Shown here: positions 20,963 to 31,315 of the stretch, in pieces
Layout of the letters: the number at the start of each line of letters is the position of its first letter
Numbering within the stretch: the stretch's first letter is position 1
Translations under genes and position numbers: made by a program
Origin: a virus
Taxonomy: Duplodnaviria > Caudoviricetes
IMG/VR virus record: IMGVR_UViG_3300033076_000691
Location: 39,768 to 103,767 of that record
Strand: one strand, 5' to 3'
Length of the DNA stretch: 64,000 bases
The notes under the pieces: model-generated
Told to the model about the DNA's origin: nothing
The model's database searches: none
What the model saw: only the letters and a program-made list of their open reading frames with translations

Positions 20963-21208
20963 TTAACATTTCCATTTTCTCAAAGACTTATTGATCCTTG
21001 AGTTAGGATCTTTAGCAGTCTTAGCACTTGTTAGTTTTTTCTTCATACCTTCCATGCGTGCACAGAAAGATTTCTTTCTAGGCCCACCACCTGGTTGAGG
21101 TGGTTTAATGTCATGACCAGCAGCTTTTAAAGATGCTCTTCCCTTTGCATTAAGACCACCACTTGGGGACTTACCTTCTTTTCTTTGCCATGCTGGGGTC
21201 TTTGCCAT
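20963..21208 (-). CDS. Small basic phage protein (SFCARM...LRKWKC family)
   Basis: AWQRKEGK..SGGLN.KGR...RKKSFCARM.G...SRINKSLRKWKC, a recurrent phage small-protein pattern. Confidence 0.75.
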   Translation of the reverse strand: MAKTPAWQRKEGKSPSGGLNAKGRASLKAAGHDIKPPQPGGGPRKKSFCARMEGMKKKLTSAKTAKDPNSRINKSLRKWKC

Positions 21209-21210
21209 AA

Positions 21211-21363
21211 CTATTTCTTTTTAGAAGTTGCTCTTATTTTCTTTTCCTGCTTAAGCATTTCTTTAGTAGGTTTCTTTCCAGAACCTTTATTATCACGGAT
21301 GTTATCCCAGAGACCTCTCTGGGAATAACTACCGTCTTTTCTTTTAAGTAATTGCTTACCCAT
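21211..21363 (-). CDS. Small basic protein (50 aa), not in the ORF track
   Basis: Translated by hand: MGKQLLKRKDGSYSQRGLWDNIRDNKGSGKKPTKEMLKQEKKIRATSKKK; abuts neighbouring genes. Confidence 0.75.
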   Translation of the reverse strand: MGKQLLKRKDGSYSQRGLWDNIRDNKGSGKKPTKEMLKQEKKIRATSKKK

Positions 21364-21542
21364 TATCTGCTAGGTTCAGCACCTTTTGGTGCTTTACTAA
21401 TTCCACCTACTCTTCCTTTAGCAACTGTTTGTACTGTAGCTGCAGGATTAAGTCCTACAAATACTCCCTTACTACCAGGAACTTTTTGAACTTGTACGCT
21501 TGGATTTGGGTTATTAATTTTCCCAGTTGTGTATTGTGCCAT
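21363..21542 (-). CDS. Small basic protein (59 aa), paralogue of 21548..21727, not in the ORF track
   Basis: MAQYTTGKINNPNPSVQVQKV...KGRVGGISKAPKGAEPSR. Confidence 0.7.
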   Translation of the reverse strand: MAQYTTGKINNPNPSVQVQKVPGSKGVFVGLNPAATVQTVAKGRVGGISKAPKGAEPSR

Positions 21543-21547
21543 TATAT

Positions 21548-21727
21548 TTAATTTTTAGGATTTGCAGATTTAGGAGCTTTACTAATACCACCTACTTTAC
21601 CTTTTGGTTTTTTAACCACAGATTTAGGTTCAGCAGATTTAGTTGGTCTACCTTTAGAAACTTTAGTAACTGAAACAGAAGCATTTGGATTTACCATTCC
21701 ACCTGTTTTGTATTTCATTTTTTTCAT
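21548..21727 (-). CDS. Small basic protein (59 aa), not in the ORF track
   Basis: MKKMKYKTGGMVNPNASVSVTKV...KGKVGGISKAPKSANPKN. Confidence 0.7.
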   Translation of the reverse strand: MKKMKYKTGGMVNPNASVSVTKVSKGRPTKSAEPKSVVKKPKGKVGGISKAPKSANPKN

Positions 21728-21738
21728 TTTATCTTAAA

Positions 21739-22755
21739 TTAAGAATTCCAATACTTCTCACAGGCTTGGTTTAGATCTTTCAAAATATCCTCATTTAAAG
21801 GATTCTTCAAGTGCTCTACTACATCTGACACATTTCTTCCAAGCATTGACCCGGATTTTGTGTGGTAGATATAACCATCTGCCTTATTAACAATATACTT
21901 AAAAAATACGGAATCACGAACAATTGATTTAATTTTTAGTGTTTCCATATCCATGCTTACAGTTTCCATAAAGGATTTTGCAGCTCTTTCTTTGTTACTT
22001 TCTCCACCTAAACCATTGATGTAATTATCCATGTTCTCATAAATAACATCATTTGGTGTAGACTTCTTATACTGTGTACTATTGATATCTACAACTTTTG
22101 CAATGTAGAATAACTTAGTACTGTTTTTGTCAAATAGTTTCTGAAGTTCAGAAAGTGCTTTGTTACGCAACTTCTTGTATTCAGTTCTTGCCATAACTGT
22201 TTCCTCTGTTTTATCTAAGTAAAACTTAGGAGCAACTGGTCTTGATCTGGCATCATCAAAACTTTTTGCAACAATTGCAAAACCTCCTGCTTCAATAGCA
22301 TGAAGTTTAATTCTATCATATGGATCTTTTGGATCCAAGAATAGAGGTTCATTACCACAAGCAATACTTATTCTATTCCAGAACTCAGCATTATCTGGTC
22401 TAAGTAACTTTACCTTATTCCAGAATTGTGGGTCATCAATTTCAATTACATTAGCAGCCAATTCTTTTTCTAATTCAGATACTGCTAATCTAATTTCTTT
22501 TATTCTTGCTTCTTTATCATCTCCGTTTAGAAGTCTTACATCTGGAGCAAACTCATTAAGTCCTGTAAGGTATCTTACTACTCCATTGTTTTCTAAACAT
22601 GCCAATTGTTCATGGTGAACTACACCATCAAAAAGTGACATACCATAATCTTCTAAACCCATGTTAGAAGCATTTGCATCAAAAAAAGGTCTAACTGCAA
22701 TTGCAGTTTGTTTAACGGTGCCTTTGCCCGTTTCTACCATTGTGAAATTTTCCAT
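21739..22755 (-). CDS. Conserved structural protein downstream of the major capsid gene (crAss gene 75-like)
   Basis: 338 aa; L..DP.DP.D and G.MLG....V...L.NP.N motifs; synteny. Confidence 0.6.
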   Translation of the reverse strand: MENFTMVETGKGTVKQTAIAVRPFFDANASNMGLEDYGMSLFDGVVHHEQLACLENNGVVRYLTGLNEFAPDVRLLNGDDKEARIKEIRLAVSELEKELAANVIEIDDPQFWNKVKLLRPDNAEFWNRISIACGNEPLFLDPKDPYDRIKLHAIEAGGFAIVAKSFDDARSRPVAPKFYLDKTEETVMARTEYKKLRNKALSELQKLFDKNSTKLFYIAKVVDINSTQYKKSTPNDVIYENMDNYINGLGGESNKERAAKSFMETVSMDMETLKIKSIVRDSVFFKYIVNKADGYIYHTKSGSMLGRNVSDVVEHLKNPLNEDILKDLNQACEKYWNS

Positions 22756-22793
22756 TGTTTTGTTGGTTTTATTTTTGTTGGTTAAATTTAATT

Positions 22794-22821
22794 AAAAAAG
22801 GGAGGAGTTTCCCCCTCCCTT
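22794..22821 (-). terminator. Intrinsic terminator after the major capsid gene
   Basis: AGGGAGG..tttc..CCTCCCT hairpin with a T-tract on the minus strand. Confidence 0.7.
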
Positions 22822-22834
22822 AGTTTGTCTATGA

Positions 22835-24451
22835 TTAGAATGATCCACCAGTGATTGGGTTTCTCATAACAATTTTCAACACTTTAGTTGGGTCTTTAAC
22901 CCAGATTGCTGGCATTGTTTGAGACATCATTACACGGTAACCATTGAATTGTCCAGAAGACTGGAAGCCTTGTGTACGACCCATATAGTCCATAGTACCA
23001 TTTTGATACCACCATTTCAATTGATTATCCCAAGACAATTTCAACAAGAAGATGTTGTCATTTGTATTGTCAGTGATATCAAAGATAATGAATGAGTAAG
23101 AAGATAATGGGAAACCATCAATGATTGGGTTCTCAATATCATTTGTATGAACATTGTCAAATGCTGGGTTAAGAACAAACTTAACATTTGCCAAGAATGG
23201 GATTACATATGAAGTATATGCAAATCCAAAGTTCAAGTCCATACCTTTACCAGTGATTGCACCGATATCAGCAGCCTGGATAAGAAGACCAGAAGAGATT
23301 GCTTCTTGCTTAATAGCCTCATTAACCATTCTCATACCACCCATACCAGTTTGTACAATCAAGCTACGTTTTGGATCTGGACCTTGGAACTCAACCTTAC
23401 CATTGAAGAAGTTGTAGATCTCAGAACGGAACAAGTCAAGTGTGAAGTTATTTTTGTTGTATATTCTTTTGAAAGAGTTATCCAACTGTTTCCAAAGACC
23501 CACAGACAATCTAAGATCATCTGGACCATCCTGACGTACTCTACCACCTTGACCCCACATGAGGTAAGTTTCAATGTCAGTTGCAATTTTAGACAAGTGA
23601 GCAGCTTCCATTGATGTCAAGAATGTTCTTGATAAGTCACCATTGTCAAATGCTTTTTTCACTTTGTCTTTACCCATAACTTTTACCATGTCTTCCAAAG
23701 AAGTGATAGATGGGTCATTAGTAGCACCGAAGTTTCTCCAGATCTCAGTTACAGGAACTGTACCATCTGCATTCATACCACCTTTGATCATCAAGTCAGC
23801 ACGGCTAGAGATAGAATAGTGTACGTGAGCTTCTGCACCTCCTACAAAGTTGTAGAATTCACGGAAACCAGTTCTTGTAGTGATGTCAGAGAATCTTTCA
23901 CCATACTCTCCACGAGCAGAACCTTTACGGAATACTTTAGTACCATTAGCCAAATACTTGTTGTCAAGATATTTGAAGTTGTCATTGTTTACCAACTGTA
24001 CTGTATAGATGAAACCATCACCAATAGGAAGAATATCTTCTGCAGTAATGTACATCTCAACACCGTTATATTTGTCATAAGTGATGATATCACCATGTCC
24101 AAACTCACGTCTGTTTAATTTGATACGGAAAGTAGTACCTTCAATACCTTTGAAATCATTAGATGGTTCAATGTCCTCTACAATGTAAGGAAGGTCAGTA
24201 GAAACCGGAGTTTGCCACTTGTACTCTCCACGAGCATTGTCAACCATGATTACATTTTTTCCACCAAATGATGACATTTGATAAAGAGGCATTTCTACCT
24301 TTTGAGCCATAGCCCATAGATCCACTGGACCAAGATCCATTGGTTCAGCATCTTTCAGCATGTTCACCAAGTGGTAAGAATCCACATGGGAACTTGCGTT
24401 GTAAGCGGTATCCCTAAGGAATATACCATTGTTTAAAACTGGAGTTGCCAT
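22835..24451 (-). CDS. Major capsid protein (crAss-like)
   Basis: 538 aa; GLWKQL, QTG.GG and WVKDPTK motifs; biased codon use; position after portal and scaffold genes. Confidence 0.85.
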   Translation of the reverse strand: MATPVLNNGIFLRDTAYNASSHVDSYHLVNMLKDAEPMDLGPVDLWAMAQKVEMPLYQMSSFGGKNVIMVDNARGEYKWQTPVSTDLPYIVEDIEPSNDFKGIEGTTFRIKLNRREFGHGDIITYDKYNGVEMYITAEDILPIGDGFIYTVQLVNNDNFKYLDNKYLANGTKVFRKGSARGEYGERFSDITTRTGFREFYNFVGGAEAHVHYSISSRADLMIKGGMNADGTVPVTEIWRNFGATNDPSITSLEDMVKVMGKDKVKKAFDNGDLSRTFLTSMEAAHLSKIATDIETYLMWGQGGRVRQDGPDDLRLSVGLWKQLDNSFKRIYNKNNFTLDLFRSEIYNFFNGKVEFQGPDPKRSLIVQTGMGGMRMVNEAIKQEAISSGLLIQAADIGAITGKGMDLNFGFAYTSYVIPFLANVKFVLNPAFDNVHTNDIENPIIDGFPLSSYSFIIFDITDNTNDNIFLLKLSWDNQLKWWYQNGTMDYMGRTQGFQSSGQFNGYRVMMSQTMPAIWVKDPTKVLKIVMRNPITGGSF

Positions 24452-24481
24452 TTTGTATATATTAATTTAAATTGTTACTAA

Positions 24482-25750
24482 TTAAAATCTTCTAAACATA
24501 TTATTTTTAGAAAGCTTTCTTTGTTCAGGTCTAGAAGCTGTTGGTCTTCTAGGCTCATCATCATAATTATCATTTACAGATGAAGTCAGTTTTCTTGACT
24601 CTTCTGTTTTTAATTTTCTTACTGTTTCTTCTACTGCTTTTTTAGATCCTTGATCTCTTACTTTACCTTTATAACCTTCTGGGTCTGCAAGTAACCAAAG
24701 TGCTTCTGCAATCAAATCATGTCTTGGTTCTACAAACTGATACTTTTCAAGTAAGTGTCCAAGTAAGTTTGTAGGTTTACCTGAGATTGAAGGATAGTTT
24801 GGTTGTACTAAACCTGAGAATAATAAACCTTGAACTTTCTTATCAAGTTTTAAACCACCAATTGTACCAGATGCTAAAGTAGTATAAACATTTTCTTGAT
24901 ATGCTTTTGCTTGTTCTGCTTGTTGTTGTTTCTTATACTCTTGTTCTGCAAGTTGTCTTGAAACAATTTCTTCTTGCATTGCATCTAGTTTTGGTTTAAA
25001 CTGATTTGCTTTTTGTTCAAGTCTGTTTAAATCTCTCCAGTCTTGAATTTCAGATTCAATTTCTTCTGGAGTTCCAAAACCTGTTGCATATAGATATTGT
25101 CTTGCAATTTCTGCTTGATCATATTCATCAGATGGATCAAGTTGTCTCATTTCCTCTACTTGTGCTAGAGTTCTAAAAAGACCTTTAAGATCTTGTCCAC
25201 CATCAGCTACATATTTAGCAGCAACTTGAAGTTCTTCTGGTAATGCTTGGAAAAATTCTCTTGGAGTATCTTGTCTAATTTTTTCTTCTCTTTCTTGGAA
25301 GTTAGCTTCAAATAACTCACGGAAATCTTTGGTAGTATATTCTTCTAATGGTTTATCATCATCAAAAGGAATAAGTGTACCTTCCTCAATCATTTTAGAA
25401 GCTAACTCAGCAAGACCAGATTTATCAACCTTTGGTCTTCCTTTATTACCAGCATCTTCTTCTTGAGAAATCAGATTGTCTAGTTCATTGATAGTTTCTT
25501 CAACTTCAAGTTGTTTTTCTTGTGCTTCCTTTTTTTCTTCAGGTGTAGCAGTAGGATTGTCAAAGAACGATGTGTCAGTTGTTTCATTATGAAACATTGA
25601 CTTTGGTTTAGAATCTTTACCATCTTCAGGAAGCATTACACTTTCTGCACCTGGCATTCCAAAGATCTCATCAATATTTACATCTACTTGATCTACCGTT
25701 GTAGTATCTAGTACCTGATCCTCTTCAGGATTTTTTGTTGGTTCACTCAT
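24482..25750 (-). CDS. Acidic scaffold/cargo-like protein (crAss gene 77-like)
   Basis: Very acidic N-terminus, coiled coil; between portal and major capsid genes. Confidence 0.6.
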   Translation of the reverse strand: MSEPTKNPEEDQVLDTTTVDQVDVNIDEIFGMPGAESVMLPEDGKDSKPKSMFHNETTDTSFFDNPTATPEEKKEAQEKQLEVEETINELDNLISQEEDAGNKGRPKVDKSGLAELASKMIEEGTLIPFDDDKPLEEYTTKDFRELFEANFQEREEKIRQDTPREFFQALPEELQVAAKYVADGGQDLKGLFRTLAQVEEMRQLDPSDEYDQAEIARQYLYATGFGTPEEIESEIQDWRDLNRLEQKANQFKPKLDAMQEEIVSRQLAEQEYKKQQQAEQAKAYQENVYTTLASGTIGGLKLDKKVQGLLFSGLVQPNYPSISGKPTNLLGHLLEKYQFVEPRHDLIAEALWLLADPEGYKGKVRDQGSKKAVEETVRKLKTEESRKLTSSVNDNYDDEPRRPTASRPEQRKLSKNNMFRRF

Positions 25751-25822
25751 CTTGTTGGTTTTTGTTTATACTTTAATATACTAAATAAACTTGAAAAATT
25801 TAAATTAGTTGGAAAAAAAACT

Positions 25823-25837
25823 GGAATATATAGCTAA
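25823..25837 (-). promoter_or_regulatory. TTAGCTATATATTCC motif, copy 1
   Basis: Identical 15-mer also at 56189-56203 (+) and 58808-58822 (+); all intergenic. Confidence 0.5.
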
Positions 25838-28585
25838 CTACTTATTCTTATTATTAGATTTTTGATCAAACTTATTTTTATTTTCCTGTGCTATTTGTAA
25901 TTGTCTATCTGCAATCTCTTTTTGAGTCTGCATTTTTTCTCTTTCTAGTTGACTTTTTTGAGATTCAATAGTCATTCTATTTGCTTCTTTCTCTCTTTGA
26001 AGAGAAGTTTGTTCTTGATATTGTTCTGTATCTCTGATGTCTTTCATAGCATCTTGATAGTCAGACATCATGTTTTGGTTAACATCTGACATAGAACCAT
26101 AACCAGCAGCTCTGATTTCAGCAACTAAGATATCTCTTTGTCTATCTTTTTCTTTCTCAGCAGCAGTAGAATCAATCTTCATTTGTTCAATCTCTTGTTG
26201 TTTTTGAAGTTGTTCCTGTTGCATTTGCTGTTGTTGCTGCATTTCTTGTTGTTTTTGTTGCTCTTGTTTTTGTTCAGATTCTTTAAGAACAGTATTAAGT
26301 GCAGCAATTGAATCAGATTGTACAACTTTACCTAAGTCATAGATGGATGCACCAGTTGTATTATTTTGTACAGCCATTTGTTTTAACTGCTCAAGAATAG
26401 CTCTATGGTTAGCATTTGTACTAATAGCAATATTAAGATCTCTAAGTAAAAGATCTGTACCATTAATTTCAAAATTTACTTTCTCATCAGCAGATGTCAT
26501 ATACGTTAATCTTGCAGATGGTTTTGTAGAATTATAGTACTGTGCTAGATCAGTTCTCATTTGGTGTACTCTTGGCATCAAATAATCACAGTGTTGGATA
26601 AAGTATATCTCCGTCTGTGCATAAGATGCTGCCATAGCTTGTTCTACTCCGGTAGCAGTTTGTTGTGATAACTGTTGTCCCATCCTTTGTGGATTGACAC
26701 CAATTACCTCATATGCTTGTTGTTTAAAGTAGTTAGCAAGTTGAATTCTAGACATTAACCTATTAGTTTGTTCAAGGTCAAGTTTTTGGAAATGGTTAAA
26801 GTTTAATGCATTCTCTGTATTTGTAATTGAAGTATCCAATGGTAACATCTGGAAGTTCTTCATTGCTACATATGCTTTAGCCAAATTACCTTTACCCCAA
26901 TCTTCTCCTAATGAGTGTCTAGGTAAAGAGTTTTGATCTAACATAATTACAGTACCAAGTTCATCTACTAGAATGTCGGCAATCTGATTGTTTACAATAT
27001 TGTATCCAATCTGATATGGTTTCATTAAATCAAGCAATGCTGTTGACTTAGTATTTCTATCAGAGAATACAGATCCTTCTACTGGAAGTTTACAACCATA
27101 CAAGGAATTGTCTCCTTTAAATTGGAACTTAAGTGGGCTAATATGGTTTCTATCCACACCGATATAGATTGGAGAGAATCCACCTGGGTTATTCATACCC
27201 CAGAATGAAGGAACGTTTGGACCAATCTTTACACCACCCCAAACTTCGTTAATCCAAATCCAATCAATGTGTTCACCATACAATAAATTATCTTTATTCT
27301 TATTCTTAAAGAGTCTTGTATCGTAAATTGGTTTATCTGTAATTTTATAATCTTCAGATACTATTTCATTTGTCACCTCACCTTCTTCAGTAATCTTAGT
27401 TAGGTGTCCAATTTTTCTTTGAGATTTCCAATAACAAGTTGTTACCCTCAATAGATATGCAGTTCCTTGATCATAATAATCTTCACCTTCTGCAAGAATT
27501 TGTGTAATGATATCTGATCCATCTAATACATTACCTGACATGAAGGAAGTATATTGTCTATATGCTAATGATGGCATATTAACATTCCAGTCATGAGATT
27601 TAGTGGCATCATAGAAAGAACCATCATTTTGCATACCACCAATTGTATATCCAGCCGATCTAATTGGATAAACAGTTTCTAGTGCTTCATGTTGTTCTTC
27701 TGTAAGTAAGTGACCATATTTATCAATAACGTCAGCTACTGTAAACATATCTGTTTTACCTACCCAGTTACCTTGAGAAATATATCTAATGTCCGGAGAC
27801 TTATGATAAAATGTTACAACAGGATTCCATAACTCTACATCATAATCATCCTCCATCATACGGAAGTGCCAGAATTCTCTATCTGTGATTAACATATCAC
27901 GGAATGCTCTTTCTTCTAGCTCATCCATTCTAAATCTTTCTACATCTACTTTATGTTGATGTTCTGCCCATTGTTCAATCATTGAACGGTAATCTTTCTT
28001 AAAGAACTGTTCAATTTCTGGTAAAGACTTAATACTTTCTGGAGCTAATTGTTGTTGTGCTTCTGGAGACTCAGGATCTAATCCTTGCTCTAACATAGCA
28101 GCCAACATTTTAGTTTGTGCATCTGCCATTAATGTTTGTTCTACTTGTGCTCTTTTTTGCTCAAGCATTTCATTATATGAAAAATCATCAATAGCTCTAT
28201 AACTTAATCTTGTAGATCTTTTTGCAAATTCAGCAACAAGTACATTAATTACATTTGGGATAATCGGATAAAACTTTAATTCTAATGCAGAAGAATCTTC
28301 TCTTGTCAGTACTTCTACAATTTCTCTATAGTCATTATTCTCTTCTACTATATAGTCTGTTCTATCAATAATACCTTTAGCTAATTTATAATTCTTCATT
28401 AGTCTTCTGGCATTTCTACGGATTTGTTTTAATCCTTGCCATTCCAACCAGTCAAGATTCCATGCAGCCCATTCTTCAGTTTTATCTTTTTTAGGTAAAA
28501 ACTGTAAAGGTTGAGTAATACTACCCAATCTATTTTGTTCTACTTTAGCTCCTTTTTTAAGTTGTAATGCGTTATATACTTGCAT
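25838..28585 (-). CDS. Portal protein
   Basis: 915 aa; YPIIPN.INVL..E, MKPYQI.YNIV.N and IGV.PQR.GQ...TATGVEQA motifs; Gln-rich coiled-coil C-terminus. Confidence 0.85.
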   Translation of the reverse strand: MQVYNALQLKKGAKVEQNRLGSITQPLQFLPKKDKTEEWAAWNLDWLEWQGLKQIRRNARRLMKNYKLAKGIIDRTDYIVEENNDYREIVEVLTREDSSALELKFYPIIPNVINVLVAEFAKRSTRLSYRAIDDFSYNEMLEQKRAQVEQTLMADAQTKMLAAMLEQGLDPESPEAQQQLAPESIKSLPEIEQFFKKDYRSMIEQWAEHQHKVDVERFRMDELEERAFRDMLITDREFWHFRMMEDDYDVELWNPVVTFYHKSPDIRYISQGNWVGKTDMFTVADVIDKYGHLLTEEQHEALETVYPIRSAGYTIGGMQNDGSFYDATKSHDWNVNMPSLAYRQYTSFMSGNVLDGSDIITQILAEGEDYYDQGTAYLLRVTTCYWKSQRKIGHLTKITEEGEVTNEIVSEDYKITDKPIYDTRLFKNKNKDNLLYGEHIDWIWINEVWGGVKIGPNVPSFWGMNNPGGFSPIYIGVDRNHISPLKFQFKGDNSLYGCKLPVEGSVFSDRNTKSTALLDLMKPYQIGYNIVNNQIADILVDELGTVIMLDQNSLPRHSLGEDWGKGNLAKAYVAMKNFQMLPLDTSITNTENALNFNHFQKLDLEQTNRLMSRIQLANYFKQQAYEVIGVNPQRMGQQLSQQTATGVEQAMAASYAQTEIYFIQHCDYLMPRVHQMRTDLAQYYNSTKPSARLTYMTSADEKVNFEINGTDLLLRDLNIAISTNANHRAILEQLKQMAVQNNTTGASIYDLGKVVQSDSIAALNTVLKESEQKQEQQKQQEMQQQQQMQQEQLQKQQEIEQMKIDSTAAEKEKDRQRDILVAEIRAAGYGSMSDVNQNMMSDYQDAMKDIRDTEQYQEQTSLQREKEANRMTIESQKSQLEREKMQTQKEIADRQLQIAQENKNKFDQKSNNKNK

Positions 28586-28591
28586 AACTTT

Positions 28592-30796
28592 TTATTTAAT
28601 ATTTTTAAAAGCAGATTTCTTAAATCCACTCATAGTATTTGCCATTCTACCCCCCATATGTCTAAACGGACTCTTATTTAATTTAAACAAATTTTCTGAC
28701 TTTTGCAAGTTTTTAGCAGCATCATCCATAATGACTCTCTTTGTATATCCTCTATTAGACTGTTGAATTCTCATAAATGCAACTAATGCTGAAAAAGAAA
28801 CCAGTCTATCCACGTTAACACCTGGTGCATACTCTCTCATTTCTGTAAGTAACATAGGATCAGGTATTCTTTCTATACCGTACTTTGTCCGTACAATTGT
28901 ACCATCTGCTTTTGTTTCTACATCTAGTTCTTCTTTAGTATACTCAATTGCATAGTTAAGAAGATGTTGTTTAAATAATGTGCCCGTATTTTTCCAACCA
29001 TACTCCTGGAAAACGTTAGTATTAGAACCAAGATCTTTCAAGAACATGATCTGACTCTTAGGTACTAAGAATCTTTGTTTCTTTCTTGATATCATATACT
29101 GGATAAATAGAGAGATGTTATTCTCTATTACTGTCCAAGCATTGTACCATTCTATAATTAGTTCTAATCTCTGGTGAGTTTTATTAAGATCATCAAATCT
29201 ACCACACCATGTAGCTACAATTTTATCAGGTTCTATGTATGTTTCTGTTTCTGTTCCGGTAACTTTAGTAACCTGCACAGGTGCTTTCATTACATAGATA
29301 GAACATAATGATTCTGATGTTGTAGTCTTACCTTCTGAGACAGGGTCAATGGACGCATAATACTGTCCAAAGGTTGGATCTTTAATAGGTCTTTCCCATA
29401 CTACAAGTACACCAGTCTTATCTTCTGTTTTTTTAGTAATTGGAAATTCTTTTATTGGTTGTTTATTTGATGCTTTTACAGTAGGTTTACCATTCTCATC
29501 TGTACTAATATCTAAGAATTCATAAGCATATTCTTTCTCTTCTATTCTTCTTGCTTGTGCAGCAATAAGATGTGGAGGGAATACAGATACTGATCTATGT
29601 GCAAATGCTTCTTCAATATTCCTAGGGTGCTGAGATATCCTTAACTGATAATCTTCTGGAGATAATTCATCTTTCCATTTTGCAAACTGTTCATCTAAAG
29701 CTTTTAATGCTTGTTCTACAAGTGAATTACCATACTCATCAATATGAGGTGGCATTGACCATTGTTCAGGAATAAACAATCCTGACAAACCTTCTGTTCC
29801 TTTTGCATCAATAAGATCAGTCTCTACAGCATAAATATCTTTAGACGTAGGATTAAGAATCATATCTCTCAATGGATTACACTGAGATAAGTCACCCACA
29901 GATCCTGCTGCAATAAACATACCTGTAGTAACCATACCTGATCTCATTGCAGGTCTCATATACTCATATGTTTGATCCATCTTAGGTGCAATACCTGCCT
30001 CCTCATGGAAGAAGTATTTAACCGGACCTCCTACACCATTTGTTGGATCTTTCTCAAACGACATACCTTGTATGGTACCTTTGAGACCAACTTCTGTTTT
30101 TCTATCTCCTTTTCTTACCTCAATCTTCTGTTGCCACATCATTACCTTGTCTGGTGACATAGGTCTATACCATGCTGTATGTTCATTTAAGAATGCTGCA
30201 TATTCCTGTAAGAATTTCCAGGAACCTTTCTCATTAATATAATCTTTGAGTGATGCACCAATTTTAAGGGTAACCCCTGCTTCAAACCACTGTTGGTTTA
30301 TAAGTTTACCCATATGATAATAGGAAGATGCAATCTGACGTTTCTTTAAGATAGCAACATGTTTATAGTTTAGTTCTGCTAACAGTTCATATAGAGCCAT
30401 ATGATACTGAGCATCCCTAATTTTAGCAAAACCAAACTTCTGTTGTTCTTTATCAAAGATTGGTAAAAAGTTTAACCACATGTAATATTCTCTTGCAAGA
30501 AACCATGTGTTAGCAGAATCTTTTACAATTATACCTTTTCTACATTTTTGTTTTTGATCATCCCAGTAAGCTATAAAGTCTTTGGATTTGAAGGGGGCTG
30601 TGCAATATACTCCATCACTTCTAAACTTGTCGGACTCTGATACAAATACTTTATTAGTAATGTCATTGAAGCCGTACTTACCAGGTTCTTTGAAAACTCC
30701 AAATATAAAGTTGCTGAAGTCCTGTCTTGATTCAAAACTTGTTGTTGTCCATGTTCCATTGTCATAGGTTGGTATGTCTTGATAAATTTCACTCAT
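28592..30796 (-). CDS. terL: Terminase large subunit
   Basis: Walker A-like LKKRQIASSY, Walker B FFHEEAG, nuclease motifs ASIDPV, IENN and NVDRLVS. Confidence 0.9.
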   Translation of the reverse strand: MSEIYQDIPTYDNGTWTTTSFESRQDFSNFIFGVFKEPGKYGFNDITNKVFVSESDKFRSDGVYCTAPFKSKDFIAYWDDQKQKCRKGIIVKDSANTWFLAREYYMWLNFLPIFDKEQQKFGFAKIRDAQYHMALYELLAELNYKHVAILKKRQIASSYYHMGKLINQQWFEAGVTLKIGASLKDYINEKGSWKFLQEYAAFLNEHTAWYRPMSPDKVMMWQQKIEVRKGDRKTEVGLKGTIQGMSFEKDPTNGVGGPVKYFFHEEAGIAPKMDQTYEYMRPAMRSGMVTTGMFIAAGSVGDLSQCNPLRDMILNPTSKDIYAVETDLIDAKGTEGLSGLFIPEQWSMPPHIDEYGNSLVEQALKALDEQFAKWKDELSPEDYQLRISQHPRNIEEAFAHRSVSVFPPHLIAAQARRIEEKEYAYEFLDISTDENGKPTVKASNKQPIKEFPITKKTEDKTGVLVVWERPIKDPTFGQYYASIDPVSEGKTTTSESLCSIYVMKAPVQVTKVTGTETETYIEPDKIVATWCGRFDDLNKTHQRLELIIEWYNAWTVIENNISLFIQYMISRKKQRFLVPKSQIMFLKDLGSNTNVFQEYGWKNTGTLFKQHLLNYAIEYTKEELDVETKADGTIVRTKYGIERIPDPMLLTEMREYAPGVNVDRLVSFSALVAFMRIQQSNRGYTKRVIMDDAAKNLQKSENLFKLNKSPFRHMGGRMANTMSGFKKSAFKNIK

Positions 30797-30798
30797 AG

Positions 30799-31314
30799 TT
30801 ATTGGTCATATGCCATTCCAATTCCACCTCTTACTTTGCTTGATTGCTCATCTTGAAGATCTTTATATACTCCTTTAAATGATGCTCTAATCTGGTCAAA
30901 GTTTTTTGCTGCAGCTACAAGAGAGTTAATATTACCATCTCTACCTGCAGTAATCTGTGTAGTCTCCATATATCTAGCTAATCTATCTAACATAGATGCT
31001 ATACCTTTGTATGCTCTAGATGTAGGAGTTTCATACATTCTCTGACAGAATAATAGAGCTGTATGTATATCATCATCCTCTGTAGAAAACTCTGCTTCAA
31101 TTTCTTTTAGTATAATATCCTCTTTATCAATATCTGGAGTATTAAAAAAAGGATTCATATCCGGATTAGGACATGTCATGTAAAAGAGATACATATATAT
31201 TTTAAGATAGTCATCCGGATAGTTATCCATGATATCTTTTAGTGCCTTAAGTGTGTAACAATGTTCTGTAGGAATTACTTTACCATTTTGAACATCAAAT
31301 AGTCTTGCTATCAT
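30799..31314 (-). CDS. Conserved protein upstream of TerL (possible small terminase)
   Basis: 171 aa, helical, C-terminal VRGG; adjacency to terL. Confidence 0.4.
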   Translation of the reverse strand: MIARLFDVQNGKVIPTEHCYTLKALKDIMDNYPDDYLKIYMYLFYMTCPNPDMNPFFNTPDIDKEDIILKEIEAEFSTEDDDIHTALLFCQRMYETPTSRAYKGIASMLDRLARYMETTQITAGRDGNINSLVAAAKNFDQIRASFKGVYKDLQDEQSSKVRGGIGMAYDQ

Positions 31315-31315
31315 A

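Noticed and set aside
28592-30796. Intron or intein in terminase, portal or capsid genes
   Set aside because: ORFs are continuous, of expected size, and lack intein or homing endonuclease motifs.
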